41,304 nucleotides of DNA, from positions 1 through 41,304 of the forward strand of contig JBBKWS010000069.1 of assembly GCA_037969075.1 (NCBI GenBank), given 5' to 3'. Every line of letters starts with the position of its first letter. Positions within the stretch are counted from its first letter, which is position 1. The position numbers and the translations under genes were made by a program. Source of the DNA: Bdellovibrionales bacterium. GTDB taxonomy: Bacteria > Bdellovibrionota > Bdellovibrionia > Bdellovibrionales > UBA840. The notes beneath the pieces were generated by a model. The model was not told the DNA's origin and did no database searches. It was given only the letters and a program-made list of their open reading frames with translations. Positions 38,230-41,304 of the stretch are shown one piece after another.

Positions 38230-39111
38230 CTACTTTTGCTTTTTCTTTTTGCTTTCTACTCTCTTAACTATATCCTCGTATACAGACTGTCGGACCTGGC
38301 CTGCCCCCAACTTGGTCTCAATTTTTCTAGGCGCTTTACCGTCAGTAAGACGAGATTTTTGCTTGATTGAAAATAGTATACTACCAGCGGGCATCCCTGA
38401 AGGCGGTAGAACATCTGCTTTTTTTACATTCTTCTCTACTTTAATTGTAACTGACGGATGCTTAATCACTGTTTCTAAATATTTTTTTAATATGTAGGCT
38501 CTCTGCAGCGCGACTCTGTCAGCCGCTTCAATACTTTTACCAGGAACTGTTTCGACGTAAATCTCTGAGTCAATAGTGATAATAGAGTCCTCTATTCCAA
38601 CAGTTAACTTTCTGATTTTTTCCATCACATCAGAAAACTGACTAGAAATTTGCGCCCCACCGATCTGAAACAACATGTAATCGTAGATTTCAAAATCCAC
38701 TTGGTCTTCATTGATTGATACATTTTTTGCCAAGAGTCCTATGTCCTCAGCGATCTGATGAAGTATGATTTCTTGATTTCCCATAGACATAATATTGGGC
38801 GTATAATCTATTGGCTGTAGCATCTTTTGTAATGTGCCAAGAGGTTCATTAGCCAAGTCTAAAAAAAGTTTTTCTAAGGTTAATTTAGCTCCGTAGCTAG
38901 AAAAATCATGCTCTAACATACTTGGTCCTGTAAAGTAACTAGCAATTTGTTTCTTAACATCCTCTGATTGACTCATCAACCACATCACTAGAAAGAAGGC
39001 CATCATAGCTGTCATAAAATCTGCGAACGCCACTTTCCAAGCGCCACCGTGATGTCCAGCGACGATATTATATTTTTTAATAATAATGGTCTGTTTTGCG
39101 TTCTTAGCCAC
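38230..39111 (-). CDS. motB: Flagellar stator MotB with a divergent periplasmic domain
   Basis: HHGGAWKVAFADFMTAMMAFFLVMWL with the conserved Asp; GTG start after AGGTG; follows motA. Confidence 0.9.
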   Translation of the reverse strand: MAKNAKQTIIIKKYNIVAGHHGGAWKVAFADFMTAMMAFFLVMWLMSQSEDVKKQIASYFTGPSMLEHDFSSYGAKLTLEKLFLDLANEPLGTLQKMLQPIDYTPNIMSMGNQEIILHQIAEDIGLLAKNVSINEDQVDFEIYDYMLFQIGGAQISSQFSDVMEKIRKLTVGIEDSIITIDSEIYVETVPGKSIEAADRVALQRAYILKKYLETVIKHPSVTIKVEKNVKKADVLPPSGMPAGSILFSIKQKSRLTDGKAPRKIETKLGAGQVRQSVYEDIVKRVESKKKKQK

Positions 39112-39118
39112 GTATCAC

Positions 39119-39967
39119 CTATTTCTTTTTAGTCAATTCATCCATCTCGTTAAACGAAGGACGCACATGAGGTGGAATTACTCTGCGAGCTGCATCAATA
39201 CAAACCAGCGGAGGAGCTCCTTTTTGATTTGAAACTAATGCAGCCTTAATAGCTTTGAAAAAATACGCTTCGTCATTCAAATCAGAAGACATTTTAGCAG
39301 CCATCGGTCCAATAAATCCGTAACACGCCCAAACCCCTAAAAATGTACCAACAAGGGCTGCTGCAACCGAGAGACCGATCGTCTCTGTACCCTGATCTAG
39401 TTTACCCATGGTGATAATGATACCTAAAACCGCTGCCACAATCCCTAACCCTGGCAAGGCTTCTGAGGTCGCCTGCATCACATGCTGCGATTCGTGTTCT
39501 TCTTCGTGCATAGATTTTATATCTTGATCCAACAAATCATCTACATCAAAAGGTGAAATATCTGCAGAAAGAGTGATTTTCATCGTGTCACATAAAAACG
39601 CTAAAGCATGATGGTGGTGCAATAGATAAGGTGATTTCTTAAAAATCTCTGAACTCTCAGGTTTTTCAATGTGTGCTTCGATAGACTGTGGACCATCTTT
39701 TCTAAACGTTTGAAACAATTGAAACATAACCGTAAGCAGCTCATTGTATTGCGCTTTTTTAACACCTGAAAAGGTTAAACACTTTATTGACATTTTTACT
39801 AACGCCAAGACCTTTGGAAGTGGTGCCATGATAAAAGCCGCACCAATAGCCGCACCAAAAATAATAAGCACTTCAGTAGGTTGAATTAGTATTGCAATGT
39901 TACCATGATGCAGTAGATAACCTGCCATAACCGTTACGATTCCAAAGATGATACCAAAAAATCCCAT
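39119..39967 (-). CDS. motA: Flagellar stator MotA
   Basis: QPTE...GAAIGA, RKDG..IE, LPGLGIVAAVLG, AALVGTFLG, RPSFNE. Confidence 0.96.
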   Translation of the reverse strand: MGFFGIIFGIVTVMAGYLLHHGNIAILIQPTEVLIIFGAAIGAAFIMAPLPKVLALVKMSIKCLTFSGVKKAQYNELLTVMFQLFQTFRKDGPQSIEAHIEKPESSEIFKKSPYLLHHHHALAFLCDTMKITLSADISPFDVDDLLDQDIKSMHEEEHESQHVMQATSEALPGLGIVAAVLGIIITMGKLDQGTETIGLSVAAALVGTFLGVWACYGFIGPMAAKMSSDLNDEAYFFKAIKAALVSNQKGAPPLVCIDAARRVIPPHVRPSFNEMDELTKKK

Positions 39968-39997
39968 ATTGCATTCCCAGTTGAGTTCTTGATTATC

Positions 39998-40025
39998 TTC
40001 TCGGAATCATTATGGAAAAATTTGA
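39998..40025 (-). promoter_or_regulatory. sigma28 (FliA)-type promoter of motAB
   Basis: TCAAA-N15-TCCGAGAA versus consensus TAAA-N15-GCCGATAA, 30 nt before the motA ATG. Confidence 0.6.
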
Positions 40026-40085
40026 TACAATACGTAAACTTCTAGACCTATATACGATAAGTAAATCTGAAGTCTAGTCTAGGTA

Positions 40086-40286
40086 TTACAACTTTTTAAA
40101 TCGCATGAGCTCTTGGCGAAGCTCTCTAATTAATGACATTTGGTTTGCAATGATTAGCTCTTTTTGCTCAATAACTTCTATCAAATCCTGCATACGAGCT
40201 TCCATATTGCGTATTAAGGATTGTTGCCCTCTAATCATTTCATCGACTTGAGTCTCTACACTCTGAATTGAAATTGTATTTTCCAT
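40086..40286 (-). CDS. Small coiled-coil hypothetical protein
   Basis: 66 aa with a heptad pattern; GGGGGAG RBS. Confidence 0.65.
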   Translation of the reverse strand: MENTISIQSVETQVDEMIRGQQSLIRNMEARMQDLIEVIEQKELIIANQMSLIRELRQELMRFKKL

Positions 40287-40345
40287 CTGAGCTCCCCCAT
40301 TAAAAATTCTAGACTAAAGCTCGAAAGATATCTATCGTAAAATAG

Positions 40346-41299
40346 ATGGAAACGATTTTACAAATCACTGAGAAATTACAAAAACTAGAAAACACTAAGA
40401 ATCCTGTAGTCTTAGCATTTTCAAACTATTTAAAGCACTACAAAGGTCCAGCTGACAAGTTTGATTTACACACCCTAGAGGGATTCTGTAGAAGAGCTTA
40501 CAGCTTTGAATACTGGCAAAAAGAAATGTCGAACTTCCAAAGCCATCTAAAACGAGTTTTAGGCTATGTATTTACCGAGAGTGAATGTCGCGAGCTTTCA
40601 AAAAGTTTTTTTCTCCAAAATATGCAGATTATCACCTTAAAAAATAAACACGATATGATGCCCGTTATTGAGAAATATGCTGAAACTAAAAATGTTTCTT
40701 ACCGCTATTTTAATGTCGGAGCGAGCGACATCATGGTTGTCTACACCTGGAAAAATGGCAATAAGGCCATACAAATTATTAATCCCACCTGCTTTATCAC
40801 CGAAGCTAGCGTTAGTCCACTTACTACCGATGAAATCATATACTATGATGCTAGTATGGATGTGCTCCCCTTTACGCTCAACCAAGTGAATATTGGCTCA
40901 TTTCAAAATATTGTATTTGAGAAAAACTACACCTGTACAAAGCTTAAGAACCTAAGAGGCTATACCTTACAGTGTGTGGAAGAGAAAACCATTACCAACC
41001 TACAAGAACACTCTAAGTTGTTTTACTCATTAAAGCGTCTAGAGAGCCTTCTCGTGGGCAAAGACAACCATCCGCTGTATGAAGAATTAACCCAACTGCT
41101 AGAGGATGCACTAAAATTACTACACTCTAATGACCCCGGAGCTCAGCGCCTAGCCTACACAGCGCTTGAGAGAGGAAAAAATGCAGTTGAAAATATTTTT
41201 CCTAATGACAAACTACTACAACTCCTACTAAAAGAAGTGGCAGCCAACCTGCAGAAAGCACTAGAAGGGTCACAATTTCATGGAAGTACGTCTCAATAA
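40346..41299 (+). CDS. Cytoplasmic hypothetical protein
   Basis: 317-aa ORF with no signal peptide and no recognised motif. Confidence 0.8.
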   Translation: METILQITEKLQKLENTKNPVVLAFSNYLKHYKGPADKFDLHTLEGFCRRAYSFEYWQKEMSNFQSHLKRVLGYVFTESECRELSKSFFLQNMQIITLKNKHDMMPVIEKYAETKNVSYRYFNVGASDIMVVYTWKNGNKAIQIINPTCFITEASVSPLTTDEIIYYDASMDVLPFTLNQVNIGSFQNIVFEKNYTCTKLKNLRGYTLQCVEEKTITNLQEHSKLFYSLKRLESLLVGKDNHPLYEELTQLLEDALKLLHSNDPGAQRLAYTALERGKNAVENIFPNDKLLQLLLKEVAANLQKALEGSQFHGSTSQ

Positions 41300-41304
41300 A
41301 TTTT

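Noticed and set aside
717..40889. Numerous 60-115 aa ORFs nested in or antisense to long genes
   Set aside because: Shadow ORFs of well-supported CDSs, with no independent evidence.
1..41304. CRISPR arrays, tRNA/rRNA, IS elements, integrases, prophage
   Set aside because: No repeat-spacer pattern, RNA-gene signature or mobile-element protein was recognised; intergenic gaps are short.

Overview
AT-rich bacterial chromosome segment, most likely from a Bdellovibrionota-type predator (inferred from gene content and protein styles, not from a search). In order: 3' end of glmS; a sigma54-driven secreted or outer-membrane hypothetical; thiolase plus glutaryl-CoA dehydrogenase; a minus-strand dcw cluster (mraZ-rsmH-ftsL-ftsI-murE-murF-mraY-murD-ftsW-murG-murC-murB, with no ddl/ftsQ/ftsA/ftsZ) preceded by clear MraZ-binding repeats; a zinc-ribbon/TM protein with a secretin-like C-terminal domain; hpt; an M14 carboxypeptidase; a tightly coupled 7-gene operon (exported beta-rich protein, two TPR proteins, a GltF-like peptide, a Cys-containing helical protein, an outer-membrane beta-barrel, RNase J) that resembles a myxobacterial Glt-paralog/polysaccharide-porin locus; a 989-aa sigma54-driven exported protein with a hydrophobic C-terminus; dacB plus a LysM lytic transglycosylase; a family-5 solute-binding lipoprotein; an LspA-HAMP fusion; a DnaQ-WYL fusion; a sigma28-driven motAB; and two hypotheticals. 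I found no rRNA, tRNA, CRISPR array or mobile element. The best candidates for novelty are the 19.9-28.7 kb envelope operon, the membrane-anchored secretin-like protein, and a two-gene sigma54 regulon sharing an upstream site. All homology calls are from motif recognition by eye.
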